From the human T2T-CHM13v2.0 reference genome, Homo sapiens, in the NCBI RefSeq assembly GCF_009914755.1, contig NC_060934.1: a DNA stretch of 64,000 nucleotides. The stretch is one strand, 5' to 3'. Below the pieces are notes generated by a model. That model saw only the letters and a list, made by a program, of their open reading frames with translations. It searched no databases and was not told the DNA's origin. Positions 36,771 through 49,925 of this stretch are shown piece by piece. Position 1 is the stretch's first letter; each line of letters starts with the position of its first letter. Made by a program: the position numbers and the translations under genes.

Positions 36771-37592
36771 TTAACAGACACAACAAAGCCTAAAGGGCTG
36801 CGGGCGCTGCACAGACGCAAAGCTTCCTGCATCACGCCTCTTACCTGCATCCTCCTTTTCTCCCTCTGCATTTTCTTGAAAGGGAGTTGTGATTCCTGAG
36901 TTCATCCTAAGCTCTGTGAGCATTCAGACTCAAGCCAGCATTTCAGCCACAGGAAACAGACAGCCCTTTAGGAATTGCTCTGCCCAGATAATCTGATCTA
37001 AGTCCTGCCCTTAGGTGGGGATTCGGGAGGGCTGAGCATCTCTCTAAACCTATTACGATTCTCTCCCAGGATGGGGATCATGGCTGTTCAGAAACTGTTC
37101 TTGTTTATGCTTCATTTGAATGGTTAATATTAAATCAAAGTGGACTAATTATAAAAATACAGGTGACAAGTATGTCGATAGGAGATAAATTTACGATAAG
37201 TGCTACACAGTCTCATTTAAAAGTAATCTGTAATAATGGAACACTCTAAACACGTTTAGCTCAGTACCCCTTGTAATCTACATGACTGCGGAAGCCTCCG
37301 CTAGGACCTGTGGGAGGGGGCCAGGCACCTGAGCAGCAAGAGGCCCCACGGAGGCTGAGATGCTCCCAGGGGCATCAGGGTGGTCCACGGCTAGCCCCAG
37401 TCTGGGAAGGAGCAGACATTCACATGGCCCTGGGAATCCTAGAACTGGCTCCAAGACTCCAGGGCTTCTCCTTCTGGAGACGCCATCCTTGGCTGTCTGC
37501 ATCTCTCTGTAGCAAAGTTGATTCTTGTTCAATGGAGTTGCTTTAAAGAGGATGTTTCTCTGTTACTTGCTAAGATTGTGGCCATACGTTAG

Positions 37593-37919
37593 TTTTTTGT
37601 TTTTGTTTTTTGTTTTGTTTTGTTTTGTTTTGTTCTGAGACAGGTTCTTGCTCTGTCACCCAAGCTGCAGTGCAATAGCACATCATGGCTCACTGCAGCC
37701 TCGAACCCCCAGGCTCAACTGATTCTCCTGCCTCAGCCTCCTGAGTATCTGGGACAACAGGTGTGTGCCACCACACCCAGCTCATTTAAAAAAAAGATTG
37801 TGGAGATGAGGGTTTTGCTGTGTTTCCCAGGCTGGTCTCAAACTCCTGGGCTCAAGCAATGCCCCCTCCTTGACCTCCCAAAGTGCTAGAATTACAAGCA
37901 CGAACCACCGTGCCCAGCC
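37593..37919 (-). mobile_element. AluJ
   Basis: (TTTTG)n tail, ctcactgcagcctcgaac, ctcctgggctcaagc. Confidence 0.92.
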
Positions 37920-38459
37920 AGATATTTTAGTCAGGTCCAACACTTCAGGGCAATTACAAAATAAAGATGCAGCCATGATTCCCAAGTGAGAGCTCGACAT
38001 ATAATATTTTATCTGTGGGGAAAATTCAAGAGGAGCAATGAGCAGAAAAGGGAACTCAGCTCAAGGGAACTGTGCCTGAGGAGCAGTACCTGGCATCAAG
38101 TGCATCTGTGGGACGGCGTGGACAGTGCCTACGGGCTCCAGCCCCAGTCCTACCCACACAGGACTCAAGGCCACTGGTGTTGTGTGGCATCTCGAGGCTC
38201 AGCGCATGTGATCCTGTGTGTGGGGTTGTGATCCCCACCACGTGCCCGTCTCTCAGCTGCAACAAGGGTCAAATGAGAGGTCCCAGGACTGTCAGTGACG
38301 GTCTCACCATTCCCAGGAAAGCCTGTCCTCCCCCTCAGCACCCTGCAAGGAGGAAGATGTGCATGCGATAGAGGTTTTACTCACACAAGCTCAGCCCGTT
38401 GGTCTAAACCAAGAGGAACAAGGCCCTTTAAAAAGAAGATAAAAATCTGGTAACTGCTT

Positions 38460-38885
38460 TGCTGCGAGTCGAATTGTGTGTCCCAAGATGATATGTTGAG
38501 ATCCTAACCCAGCTGCCTTTGAATGTGACCTTATTTGGAAGGACAGTCTTAGAGATAGAACCAGATTCCAGTGAGGTCTTACTTGATTCCTGTGGACCCT
38601 AAACCTGATGACTGGTGTCGTTACAGGAAGGGGATGGGAGACACAGAGACATATGAGGAGGAGGCGTTTGCAGGTGGAGGAAGAGCCTGGAGTGACGTGG
38701 CTGCAGCCACAGGACTCAGGGATGGCCAGTGACCACCGGAAGCCGGGAGAGAGGCCAGGACAGATCCTCCCGCCAAGCCTCCTGGAAGAACCAACCCTGC
38801 TAACTCCTTGAATTCATACTTCTAGCCTCTGAAACTGTGGGAACCAACATGTCTACCCCAAATCATGTGGTCTTATGGGTGCAGC
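38460..38885 (+). mobile_element. MLT1 (MaLR) LTR, MLT1B/C-like
   Basis: gaattgtgtgtccca...gaatgtgaccttatttggaa...atgactggtgtc...cttctagcctctgaaactgtg. Confidence 0.8.
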
Positions 38886-40061
38886 TGTCTCTGCAGAGCA
38901 GAGCTGATGTGGCACTCCCTAGGGGCAGAGTCATGGGCTGAAACTGCCCCCACTGCAGCGGGGGCTGCCCCGACACAGCCACCTCAGAGGTTAACACCGC
39001 ATCTGAACCCAGGCCTAACTCAGCCCTGAGTCTGGTCTGATGATGAAGCAGCAGCACCCACACAGCGCGTTACAAGGCGAAGCTCCCTGCTCTGTTCTGC
39101 ACGGTCGTCAGGAAAGCGGCTCATCTGGTAACGGCGTCCATGTAAATGCAAAAACACGCTCACGTTCAGCTCCTCCATAAGAGGCTTCTAAAAGCGTCGC
39201 TGCTGGCGCCTTCTCTCCAGCTGAAGGGCCTTGTCTCAGGGCCCAGGGACAGAGGTCCTGGAGCTGTACCCAGCATGGGAAGAAAGAGACCAAGGGTTCC
39301 CTTTAACATCCCTACGACAGCCACATTGCCTTAGTGTTCACTGTCCAGAGAAAGACAACTTCCGTGAAATGCCCGAGTGAGGCTCTGCTAGTTTTTGGAG
39401 GATCTGATGTAGGAGAAGACGTGAACCTTCCACGCAGGGCAGGGAAGGGGGCAACCATCACTGGATGTTGTACAATTAATTTCATTACAAGAAAACCTCA
39501 AACACGTGTTCACCAGGAGGGCGATGTTTCCAGTGTTGAGGAGAAAGACGTGATGGAAATTAAAGGGACATGAGCACCGACTATAACACATGCTGATGCC
39601 AGCAAAGACTGCGGCGCCAGGCGACGGCACCGCCCTCAGATCCGGAGCCAGCAGCGGTCCAGATGGTGACCGACCCACCCCAGGAAGCCAGAAGCTTCGT
39701 GGCTCTTCAAATGAAGTCTCTTTCAGAAGTCTGCCTGCCGGGGCCTTTGTGTTACCTGGTTCCACGGCCTGATTCCGTATCATCATGGCACCAGCGAGAC
39801 TTCCTCCAGGGTAGTCATGACAACTACCCCAGACTCATCACCTACAGGTCTTTAGATTAACCTGAGAATTTGGTGAACCCCTGTGAGCTCCAGTGAGGCC
39901 AAAGCTACCTCTGTCTTTGAGCAGGGCTGTGGGTTGTGTAGCTGTCTAGATCCACATTCCCAAACTTCACTGTGCTTGAGAATCTCCCAGGAAGCCAGTT
40001 CACACACACATGCCCGGATCCCGTCTCAGATGCCCCAGTGCAGTGGCTCTGCCTCCTAAAG

Positions 40062-40369
40062 GGAGATCAGCCAGCCTTTTCTGTCAAGGACCAGAGAGTG
40101 AATGTGTTTGGTTTTGTGAGCTGGAGGGCTCTGCTGTGGTACAGAGGCAGCTACAGACAGCCAGTGCCTGCGTGGTGGGCTGCAGCCCAGCGTTGCTTTG
40201 TTCACAGACGCTGTGGTCTGAATGGCATGGAACTTTCACGTCGTGAAATATCATTCTTCTTTGGAAACTTCCAACATTTAAAAGCGTGAAGTCCCCTCTT
40301 AGTTGGTGAGCCATACAAAACACAAGGCCAGCCACACTGGGCACCTGAGCCCTCATTTCAGACCCCTGA
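40062..40369. mobile_element. MER58B-like hAT-Charlie element
   Basis: ttttctgtcaaggaccagagagtgaatgtgtttggttttgtg ... ttcacgtcgtgaaatatcattcttcttt ... gagccatacaaaa ... gacccctg. Confidence 0.7.
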
Positions 40370-41040
40370 TTATGGCTGTCAAACAACAGTGCATCCCTCT
40401 CAGGGGAGCCTGACTTCTGTTGACTGTCACTGGCTTCAGTCATCTTTAAAACTCATTTTCAGGGGTAGACGGGCACACAGACGCACCACCCAGAGACACC
40501 GCAGAGCACACACCAGCCAGGCACGAGAGGAGCTACCATGCCCGCTGTGGGCAGATGTTCTTCACACTTCCCGGGGTCTGGTGGGAGGGTCTGAGCAGCC
40601 CACTGCATGGAGAGGCATCTTCAGAAAAGCCTGACCATAGCTGGGTTCCAGGGGTTCTACCGGGAGAGGACCTCAGGCCTGGGGATCCTGGGCCTGGTGA
40701 AGCCTTGGTTTGACCCTAAGTTCTGTATAGCATCAGAAGCATCTGCAGACATGAGAAGGGAGCCCGGAGGCCCGGTCTGCTCCACCTCCAGCCGCCTGTC
40801 CCCACCCACACCACCACCTGCCAAGGCCCCTAGAATCTCCCTTTGGGACCCCCAACCCAAGCTGTCAAGACTGTCCTCAGCTCACTCCAGAAGCACGTGT
40901 GGCTCAGCAGAAACCCTCAGGACCCTCACACACTTAGGAGGGATGCTGAACTCACCAGGCCTCACTCCTGAGCCCCCGCTCCTTTCCCAGTATGTGCAGA
41001 GTCCTCAGCCAGTCAACAGATACCTGCAAGGAAAAGTGCC

Positions 41041-41187
41041 CAGGGCCAGGGCTGTGTTAGGTGCTGAGGGGGGTGGTTAGAGGGCTGGGGGGCCGTCCGT
41101 TGGGAGATCAGGGTGCAGGGCCAGGGCTGTGTTAGGTGCTGAGGGGGTGGTTAGAGGGCTGGGGGCTGTCAGTTGGGAGATCAGGTG
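41041..41187. repeat. 75-bp G-rich tandem duplication
   Basis: cagggccagggctgtgttaggtgctgaggggg... at 41041 and 41116. Confidence 0.93.
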
Positions 41188-41348
41188 CACTGATCCCTGT
41201 TTCACAGGAGCACGGGCGGTGTGCAGACCTGACACTGAGGCTCAGAGCACTTCCGAAGAGAAACGGCATCCAGGGAGAGGGTTAACAGATGAGTAGGGCT
41301 CAGCTGGGACAGAGGCAGGGGCAGGGCTGGGTGAGGACACTGTGCTAT

Positions 41349-41783
41349 TGTGGGCAAGTGTTGGCTCCTCAAAATGCTACATCCACCCAGAACCTGTGAC
41401 TGTGACTTTATTTGAAAAAAAAAAAAGGGTATTTGCAGATATAAATAAGTTAAGCAGCCTGAGATGAAATCGCCTTGGGTTATGCTCAGCCCTAAATTCA
41501 ATGACAAGTGTCCTAAGGAGAGAAGGATAGAAGACCCACAGAGGAGGTGGCCATGTCACAGTGAAGGCAGAGACGGGAGCAATGCATCAACCACCCAAGG
41601 GACACCAGGGATATCTGGAACTGCCAGAAGCCAGGAGAGGGCCTGGAACAGATTCACCCTCAAAGCTTCAGAAGGAACCAGCCCTGATGCCACCTGGGTT
41701 GCAGATTTCCAGCCCCCAGAACCCTGAGAGGATGACTTTCTGTGGTTTCCAACCCTCTGGCCTGTGGTGTTTGGTTACAGCAG
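41349..41783 (+). mobile_element. MLT1C-like LTR
   Basis: cccagaacctgtgactgtgactttatttg...tttgcagat...gtgaaggcagagac...gaaggaaccagccctg...tttggttacagcag. Confidence 0.85.
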
Positions 41784-42502
41784 GTGTGAGATGGAACCCT
41801 GGGTGCGTGGGAGCGAGACAGAGTTGAGAACAATGGAAAAATTCAGGCAACTCCATGCAGCAGCAGCACCTTGTGTGTGGGGCCGGGGGAAAGGCGGGAG
41901 ATAGGCCACTAGGAATCCCCAGGTGTCTGAGGATGAGGGGGAGCCATCAGGGGCTTTATGCAGAGCAGCCATGTCCGATTTACAGGTGGAAAGATCCCTG
42001 ACTCCCTTCAGTGAGGAAAAGTGATTGCAGGAGGATAAGGTGGGTGAAAGGAGAATGTCTAGAAGGTTCATGTGGAAATTTCGATCCTATTTGGTATAAT
42101 TTAGGAGGAAAACAGGCCGGGGCTAGGAGGGAGAATGACCTGCAGAGTCAGCTGGTGGAGGCTGGAGCAGGGCTGAACAGGGACAGCGTCTTGGGTTCAT
42201 GGTCACAGAGTCCCCTGGGAAAAGGGAAGCAGCACTCTCTGTGTCCACGGGAACTGAAGGGACTGAAATTCGTGAGCAATCCAGACCTAGGCTGTCCCAG
42301 AGCAGTTGCCCTTCCACCACCCCACGTGGCTTACCATGGCCATCAGCAAGGAGCAAATGGTATGAATGGGGGTTCTGTCTTGCACTGGCCCGAGTGCAGG
42401 CACAGAAGTCAGGGGCAAGCAGGAGGGAGCAGCCAGGAGCTGAGGGGTTCCCAGACAGCGGGAGGCAGCAGGGCCTCATCACACAGACCCAGAGGGGCCT
42501 AC

Positions 42503-42700
42503 AGAGCCCTAGAGAATCCTAGAATCCCTGGAGAACCCTGGGGAACCCTGGAGAACCTCAGAGGAATCTGGAGGACCCTAGAGAACCCTGGAGGACCCTG
42601 GGGAACCCTGGAGACCCGGAGGACTGTGGGAAAGTCTGAAGGACTGTGGAGAATCCCAGAGGACCCTGGAGGACCCTGAAAGACCCTGGAGAATCCCAGA
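42503..42700. repeat. Degenerate 10-bp tandem repeat (GGAGAACCCT)n, ~20 units
   Basis: Directly visible. Confidence 0.9.
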
Positions 42701-44819
42701 GCCATAGGACTACGGAGGTCAACCTGAGACCTTGTGCTGTGCATGTTTTCCTTCCCCAGTGGACACACTGTCTTCCTTAGATATCAATGACAGTTGGAAA
42801 ATCATTTCCTCGGTTCATCTTTCCAGAAAAATACATGGCACCCAGCTATAAAAAGTAGTTCTGAGTGCCTGCACTGTAACCATTTAAAAAAGCGATTACC
42901 TATCAGAGGGTAACTAGTAATCATGAGATTACTTTCTAAATACACTTCAGAAGAGATGGGCAAAAGGGTTCCACACAACCTCAGTATTTCTCTTTTGAAG
43001 GCACAGGTGGACTTGCACAATTCTCAAGGCAAGCTTGAGAGAAAGGGAGAATAAAAGTGCCAGAGGCTTGAGCGATGCTGGTGTATATTTCTAGAAAGGA
43101 GACAGAATTTCATTTTCTCACTTATTATCCCCTATGATGTGTCACCAGTGGTGTGTGAAGGGAAAAATGGAGAGGACCACAGTAAATTTTCCCACTAAGC
43201 TAAAAAGATTAGGGAAGAGGCAATGCAACCTCTTAGCGGGTGTTTCTCTTTGAGCTTAAAAAATTGGTTTACTAAGCAAACCTTGTAATAGTCTCATTGG
43301 CTAAGAAAATGAAGGAAAGAAAGCAGACCCAACGAAGGAGTCTGACAGCCAGAAAAAGTTGTCTTAATAACCTAGTTTGGGTAAATGTCCTCAGAATGCT
43401 TTTTAAAAACTATAAACATGAGGTATGGTTCTACTAAGATCTATTTTCTAAACATCACATTGCCACTGCCGCTAAAATGACTTCTCACAATAGTGTTTTG
43501 GGAGGAGGGCACTTACCCTGCAAATTAGAAGCCTGGATTTTTCTTCTCTGATTGTCTGCAGAGAGCATGGGTCATCTTGGAGGAGGGTCTGTCTTTCCTC
43601 CTCTGAGAAACAAGGGTGGTTGGCATCTGCCCATCATTCCCCAGGGAGCCTCAAGGGCATCTCAGTTGGCGCACGTCCTCCGAGGCAGGCAAAGCCAGAG
43701 AAGCAGAGCTAGACTGTTCTGTTTCCATGCTTTCCTGGCGTTCCCGACTTGGGTCCAAGGAGGAGGCGACTGGCACCTGGATTTTCACAAAGCGTCAGCC
43801 TCATGCCTGAGCTGATGCTTCCACATTCAAGATCTCATTTAATCTGTGAAATTCCCCTTTATGCAGAAGCTGCTCACTGTCCCCTTTGAAAGATAAGGCC
43901 CAAGCTGCAGAGTTTGAGACTGGTGTAGGGTCATGCAGCTTGTGGCATTCAAACTCCAGCCATCACTGGCTAAAAAGACTAAGATGGTTGGGGGTGGGGA
44001 GCACAGAAGAAAACTGTGGCTTTAAAAAATTGAGTTAATATTTGTATAGCACTTAGACCAGAGACTGGGACGTCGTAAATGCCCTATAAGCGTTAGTTCT
44101 TGAAACCAAGGCATTTGGGCAAATATTATACATTTTTATTTTATTAATTTTCCAGAACCCGTTTGAACCATGAAGCCATTTGTGCATATAAGCATCAAGA
44201 GAAGAATCTTCCTAACAGTGTACACTTTTCAAGAGCACGATCATATTTTATATTCCTGAGGATCCTGTCTGATTCTGTTTTTTTTTTTTGAAACCTTTAA
44301 AAAATTGTTTTGTTTTGCTGCTGAGAGCAATAAATTGTTTGGAAAGTATTAATGCAAATATGCAGACTCACCATATTTTTGCTGTGTGAGTTCTAATCCC
44401 TGCTCTTACACATGGATAACTGAGGGGGAGCCAGTAACTTATTTTCTTGGAGTCTCAGTTTCTTTTTCAATAAAATAGGAGTAAAAATGCTTTGTATGTA
44501 TTTGTCGAGCACCTCGTATGCATGAACTTCCAGGTTCATTCTCAGGGAGTCACAGCCAGTGCTTTGTGACCATTGAACCAATGTGTTGAGATGTTGATAA
44601 GGAACAAGGCGAGGCAAACCTGTATTTTCAATTTCTCAAGGGCCACATGAACAAGCTCATTGGGCTCTAGACAACAAAAGGCTGCCCTTCCCCAGAACCC
44701 GGGGGGAACAGGAGGAATACGTCTCACTTCCCATTCCCAGACAATGGCACACAGTCAGAGCCTGTCTCTGTGAGGTCTGTCCTTTTCCTGTCCCTCATTC
44801 TTTTTCTCCCACCCTCCTT

Positions 44820-45203
44820 TCATTTCTTCTCTCCTTCTCCTCCTCCTCCTCCTCCCCTTCTCCTTCTCCTTCTCCTTCTCCTTCTTCTTCTTATTCTTCC
44901 TCCCCTTCTCCTTCATAGGTGTTTTGCTCTGTATACCAGGCTGGAGTGCAGTGCCATGATCACAGCTCAGTGCAGCCTCTACCTCCCAGGCTCAAGTGAT
45001 CTTCCCACCTCAGCCTCCTGAGTAACTAGGACCACAGGCAGGTGCCATCGTGCCTGGCTAATTTAAATTCAAAAAAAAAATTAAATTTTAGAGATGGGGT
45101 CTCACTATGTTGTCCAAGCCGGTACAACACTCTGAGCTCAAGTGATCCTCCTGCTTTGGCCTCCCAAAGTGCTGGGATTACAGGCATGAGCCATGGTGCC
45201 CAG
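44820..45203 (-). mobile_element. AluJ whose tail is replaced by or abuts a (CTT/CCT)n tract (44820-44915)
   Basis: ggctggagtgcagtgccatgatcacagctc ... ctcccaaagtgctgggattacaggcatgagcc. Confidence 0.9.
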
Positions 45204-45399
45204 ATTTATTTTTTTTTCCCTTTTCTACTTATCCCCCACTTGCATTCCATCACCAGCCTGGGGGAACAGCCCTCACCTGCCTGCTGTGTATCTTTGATTC
45301 TTATCCTAATGAAACATACGAGTACTGTTTTCCATGTGTATATATTTGTAACTATTTTATTAAAAACAATGTAGAGAACACAAATACAACACTCAGTAA

Positions 45400-47760
45400 A
45401 TTACACACAATAAAAATAGGCATAAACGTCTTCCAGGTCAAGAAAATAGGATATCACCAGCATCCAGACACCCCATGCCACCTTTGGGTAACTGCACCCT
45501 GCTCCTTGAAGCTAAGCACCGTCCTGTGCTCCAAAAGCACAAACTCAATCTAAATACAACTGTGACACACACTCCATGGTGACTGACGTCTTTCACACAA
45601 CATTGCATCTGCGAGACTCACCCATGCTGTTATGGGCAGTTTCACTGGTTCATTTCACTGCTGCTTTTGAGGGATCGTTAGCAGGCCTTTTACTTTTTAG
45701 CAATTCAGATTTTGATTTAACATGTTGTAAATTACACAAGACAATATTAGTTTTGTTTTTACAATCAATGTACTTTTAAATGGACTCACAAATTTACCTT
45801 TTCCAACATAAATGTGCATGTATACACAACAAAACATCTGCATGGGAATGCCTGTGGCAGCCCTTTCCACAGTAGCTCCAAGTTGGAAGCAACTTGGATA
45901 AGTATCAGCATAATGACGGATGAATACACGTTGGTGCATTTATGCAGCAGAATACTATGCTGGACCAGCCTCTCATATGCCTTCTCAGCGTGACCTTCAG
46001 CACAGCGGGCTGAGAACATGGTGCGCCCCTGCACCTGTTCCCTTCCCCCTGTGGATCACGAGCTCCGTTTGTGTCTTCTCAATGCGGTGGAACCACTGAA
46101 CACCCCTCCTGCTTTCCAGAGGCAAAGTTGGTTTACCAGCTGTGCACTGGAGCCTCCAGTGTGCAATCTTATGTCTCTGGACTTGGAGACGGCCAATGGC
46201 TTTGTTGATGTTTCACCGAAGCAAAGCCCCCATTCACAGCTTTTCCCTTGTGTCCAGAACTGACAAGCAGCCCCAGAAAACAAGCGTGTCTGGTGTGTCT
46301 GTGCTGACCCTCCAGTTCTCACAGCTCTGGCAGCTCTGATCCTATCAAAACGACTATTGTGTTTTTCTCATTGTCCTCAGAGGGGGATCGGTCTGCCTCA
46401 GCTGCTCCATCCTACCCAGAAATGGAAATGATCCTAAAACTGTAGCATTCCCCTTCAGGTTGAGAACAACAGCTCATCTGGAATTACTATTTATGTGTTG
46501 TGGTAAATACGGAAAGGAGAACCCACAGACCCATCGCTGTTCATTGCCCTGTGCTCTGTGGTGCCGGCTTTGCCATAGATCCAGAGTCCACACACAGGAG
46601 GGATTGTATCTGGACTCCATTCTGCCATATTGGTCTCTATGTCTCCCTTCGTTCCCATAACCCATGTTTTTAGATAGCACAGAAAATAAATACTGATATG
46701 AAGGAAAAATGTTCTCACACTTTTTCTTCCTCTTAAGTAAGACCTTGACTATTTGGAGAGTTTGCATTTTCATATCAATTTTAGAATTTGCTTGTACATT
46801 TACAAAAGTTAAATAAATAACCCTCTCCCCCTACACAGATATGCCCATGCCTGTGCACGCGCACACACACACAAACCTGTTGGCATTTTGATCGATATAG
46901 CTTTGCCTCTATAGGTAAATTTGGGGAGATTAACAGCTTTACAGTATTGAATTTTCTGATGCATTCATCTCACATATCCTTCCATTTAATTAGGTCTTCT
47001 TTGATTTTTCTCAGCATTGTTTTCCCAGCTTTTCTAATTGTTCTCTGTGGTAGTTTTGGTCTAAATTAACTTGCCCATTATTTCCAAAAGAACCCATGCA
47101 TGTGTTATTTTAATTTACATGAAGAATATAATGCTATAGGCATTCTGTTTTACTTATTCATCCAGCTCTATAGTTCCTGTTAATTTATGAATATCTACTT
47201 TATTGCTTCTAATTGTTACTTAGTAATCCAGCAGCGTCCTTAATATATAAGGAAACCTTGTAAAGTAATAAAAATTAAAAAGACAATAAAGGGATAACAA
47301 ATAAAGACATAACATTCCCACAGAAAGCCATGCAAAGGGGCAGTATGTGTGTGAGAAACACCAAATCTCATTAATAATCAAATTAATGATTTGATTATGA
47401 ATGACAGAGTCACTCTCATTGACTCCTGTTGGGAGCTAGAAATCAATCTGTCAATAGCTATCAGGATGAAGATTGTGTAGGTGCTTTGATGTGGCAGGTT
47501 CTCTTCTTGGCGTGCATCAGACAAAAGCCCCATCACAAATTCACCAAGTACGAAACGTGATCACCATCGTGGCATTAAGTGTAATTGAAAAATGAACTCA
47601 AACAACTTACATGTTTATTAATAGAAGACTAAGTGCATGAATTCTTGGTACAAGTGAAATGCTTTGCAGCCGTTAAGACATAATCTAAAAATCTTATTTA
47701 TAAAGATGCTGAAGTCATGTGAAGCGAAGAGCGAATTTCAGCAGTGTGAGCGTGTGGTTG
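45400..47760. mobile_element. Cluster of highly diverged L1M fragments in both orientations
   Basis: e.g. 45810-45960 (+, L1 ORF2 end), 46470-47040 (-; tttgcattttcatatcaattttagaatt, ctataggtaaatttggggag), 47270-47760 (+); boundaries approximate. Confidence 0.6.
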
Positions 47761-48341
47761 GATGGTCTCCCTTTGCAACAGTGCTGGTTTTGATGGAGTT
47801 CAGCTCCTGGCTTTGTGCCACTCTAGGCATATTTCACAACTTTTCTGTGTCTCATGACTAATCTGCTTAAAGTACTTAGATGCAGCCAGGCATGCAGAAA
47901 ATGATGAATCAATGTCATCTATTATAAGTAAAATGCACCCATAAAATAATAATTATAATACACGTATAGGAAGAGATCTTAAAGAATAGACACAGTATTT
48001 TCATAGTGATTATATCTGACTTTTATTTCCAAGTTAACTATGTTTGTGATATTTAACTTTAAATTATTTTATGATGGTTTTGTAATTGTTTATAACTGGA
48101 AAACATAATATAGAAAGAATGCAGAAATTTTTAAAGAGAAAGTGCTGTGGGCATCTTCCTGGGTGCTGGATGCCCATTCAGCCAAGCCTCGGTATCAACT
48201 TGGAGGGCGAACATCACGCTGAAGACGCAGCCCCGTGGGAAATGGAAAACACCGTGGTGTTCCAGGTGCTCCACACCCCAAATGCACAGACAGTGACTCC
48301 GGCAGGGAGTCCCTGAGCCCTGGGCACAGAGTGATTTGTTG

Positions 48342-48347
<6 letters not shown>

Positions 48348-48372
<25 letters not shown>

Positions 48373-48540
48373 ATGGTGGGCGTCTGTAATCCCAGCTACT
48401 CAGGAGGCTGAGGCTGAGGAGAATCTCTTGAACCTGGGAGGCGGAGGTTGCAGTGAGCCAAGATCGCGCCATTGCACTCCAGCCCAGGCAACAGTGCGAG
48501 ACTCTGTCTCAAAACAAAACAAAACAAAAAAACAAAAAAC
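48348..48540 (+). mobile_element. 5'-truncated AluS right arm preceded by A24
   Basis: tgtaatcccagctactcaggaggctgagg...cttgaacctgggaggcggaggttgcagtgagcc; (AAAAC)n tail. Confidence 0.92.
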
Positions 48541-49207
48541 TTAGCAGTTATTCTCTCCTTCCTCGTATTAACTTTTAGGGGTTATTATGCATTATTTTTC
48601 CATTAAGAGACCAGATAAATAACAATGCAGTTGACATTAACATTAGTGAGTTTTACTCTAGACCTCAGGTAAACTTTTAGAACGATTTAAGGGCTTTCAG
48701 CTACCCATGCAAAGCCATTAAAGTTCCTGTTTAGCAGCTCAGGTGACAAACGTACATGGCTAATTTAGAACGCAATGAAGAAGCAGGTGGGGTTGATTTA
48801 GAATATCTGTTTAGAATCTTCTCTACGTTCATGGGATAGAGGCTCAATCGTCAAGCGTCTTAGCCGTGTAACAACTGAGCCAAGTTGATCGTCACCTTGC
48901 ACGGGCGGCTGCTCTGATTTGAACCCTTCTCGTGACGACTCACCGTATGCCGTACTTGGGAGAGAACACAAAGGGCAGAATGATCGCACCGAGTCCAAAG
49001 GAAGACGGAAGTTCATGTGCTCAGGCTTGCAGCAGAAGTGAGAGGATGCCTCCCACAGGAACGAACGGAAGAGCGTTTGATGCAGGACCATTTGGCGGTG
49101 CGGTCAGGGTGAAGACGTTCAAGATGCAGATGCACTCAGGATCTACTAATAGAAAGAGGGGCCGCCCCAACCTCAGGCCTTCAGGGGCGAAGGGTGAGCC
49201 TGGTCTT

Positions 49208-49271
49208 TTTTTTTTTTTTTTTTTTTTTTTTGAGACGGAGTCTCACTGTCGCCCAGGCTGGAGTGCAGTGG
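49208..49271 (-). mobile_element. Severely 5'-truncated Alu (40-bp body plus pure A tail) with 17-bp TSD
   Basis: agggtgagcctggtctt at 49191-49207 and 49272-49288 flanks T-tract + gagacggagtctcactgtcgcccaggctggagtgcagtgg. Confidence 0.95.
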
Positions 49272-49799
49272 AGGGTGAGCCTGGTCTTGATGGAAGGGTG
49301 GGGTCAAGGGAGGAAGAAGCTGGCTGGCGGGGGAAGGGGAGTAGACATCTCCCCCGCCCTCCTCTTCCTCCTGCTGAGGCTCCCACCGGCTCAACCCACC
49401 CGGAACGAAAGGCTAGGCTCCCAGCGCTGCTCTCTCTGGGGGCTGAATGTCTGGGGTGCAGGGCAGTGAAGGGCTCTGGGGTGCAGCAGACGTCACTCTG
49501 TCATCAACGGCTAAAGGACAATGTGACTAAAATAACTAAGAACAATGCCCAGCTTTCCTTTCCACTTGACGCTGATTCTGAAGATGGCGGTGACCTTCAA
49601 GTGCCCTCAGTGCCAGGAACAGTGCCCACTCAGAGCAGCTGCATTCACCAGCCGGTGGGCATGGATTTCTGCAGCAGGTCCGTGGTGCCAGGATTATGGC
49701 TAAGAAGAATACAGGGCTTGGAGATCCCAGTCTTCACTGCCGCCCCTCCAAACTCAGTTCTGTGGCTTCCATTCTCCATGGAGTTCACTCTAGGGGCAG

Positions 49800-49925
49800 G
49801 GTCATCTTCAAATTATAAATCAGATTATGTCACTTCTCTAACTGAAAGTTTTCAGTAGTTTCTCAATGCTCTCAGAATAAAAATAAATACAAATTCTTCA
49901 TGCTTGCCCTAAGGCCTGCATGCCC
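49800..49925 (+). mobile_element. L2 fragment
   Basis: aaatcagattatgtcacttctct...ctcagaataaaa...cctaaggcctgcatg. Confidence 0.7.

Noticed and set aside
42011-42679. 222-aa ORF
   Set aside because: Its C-terminal part is the 10-bp tandem repeat, it has a GTG start, and there is no recognisable domain.
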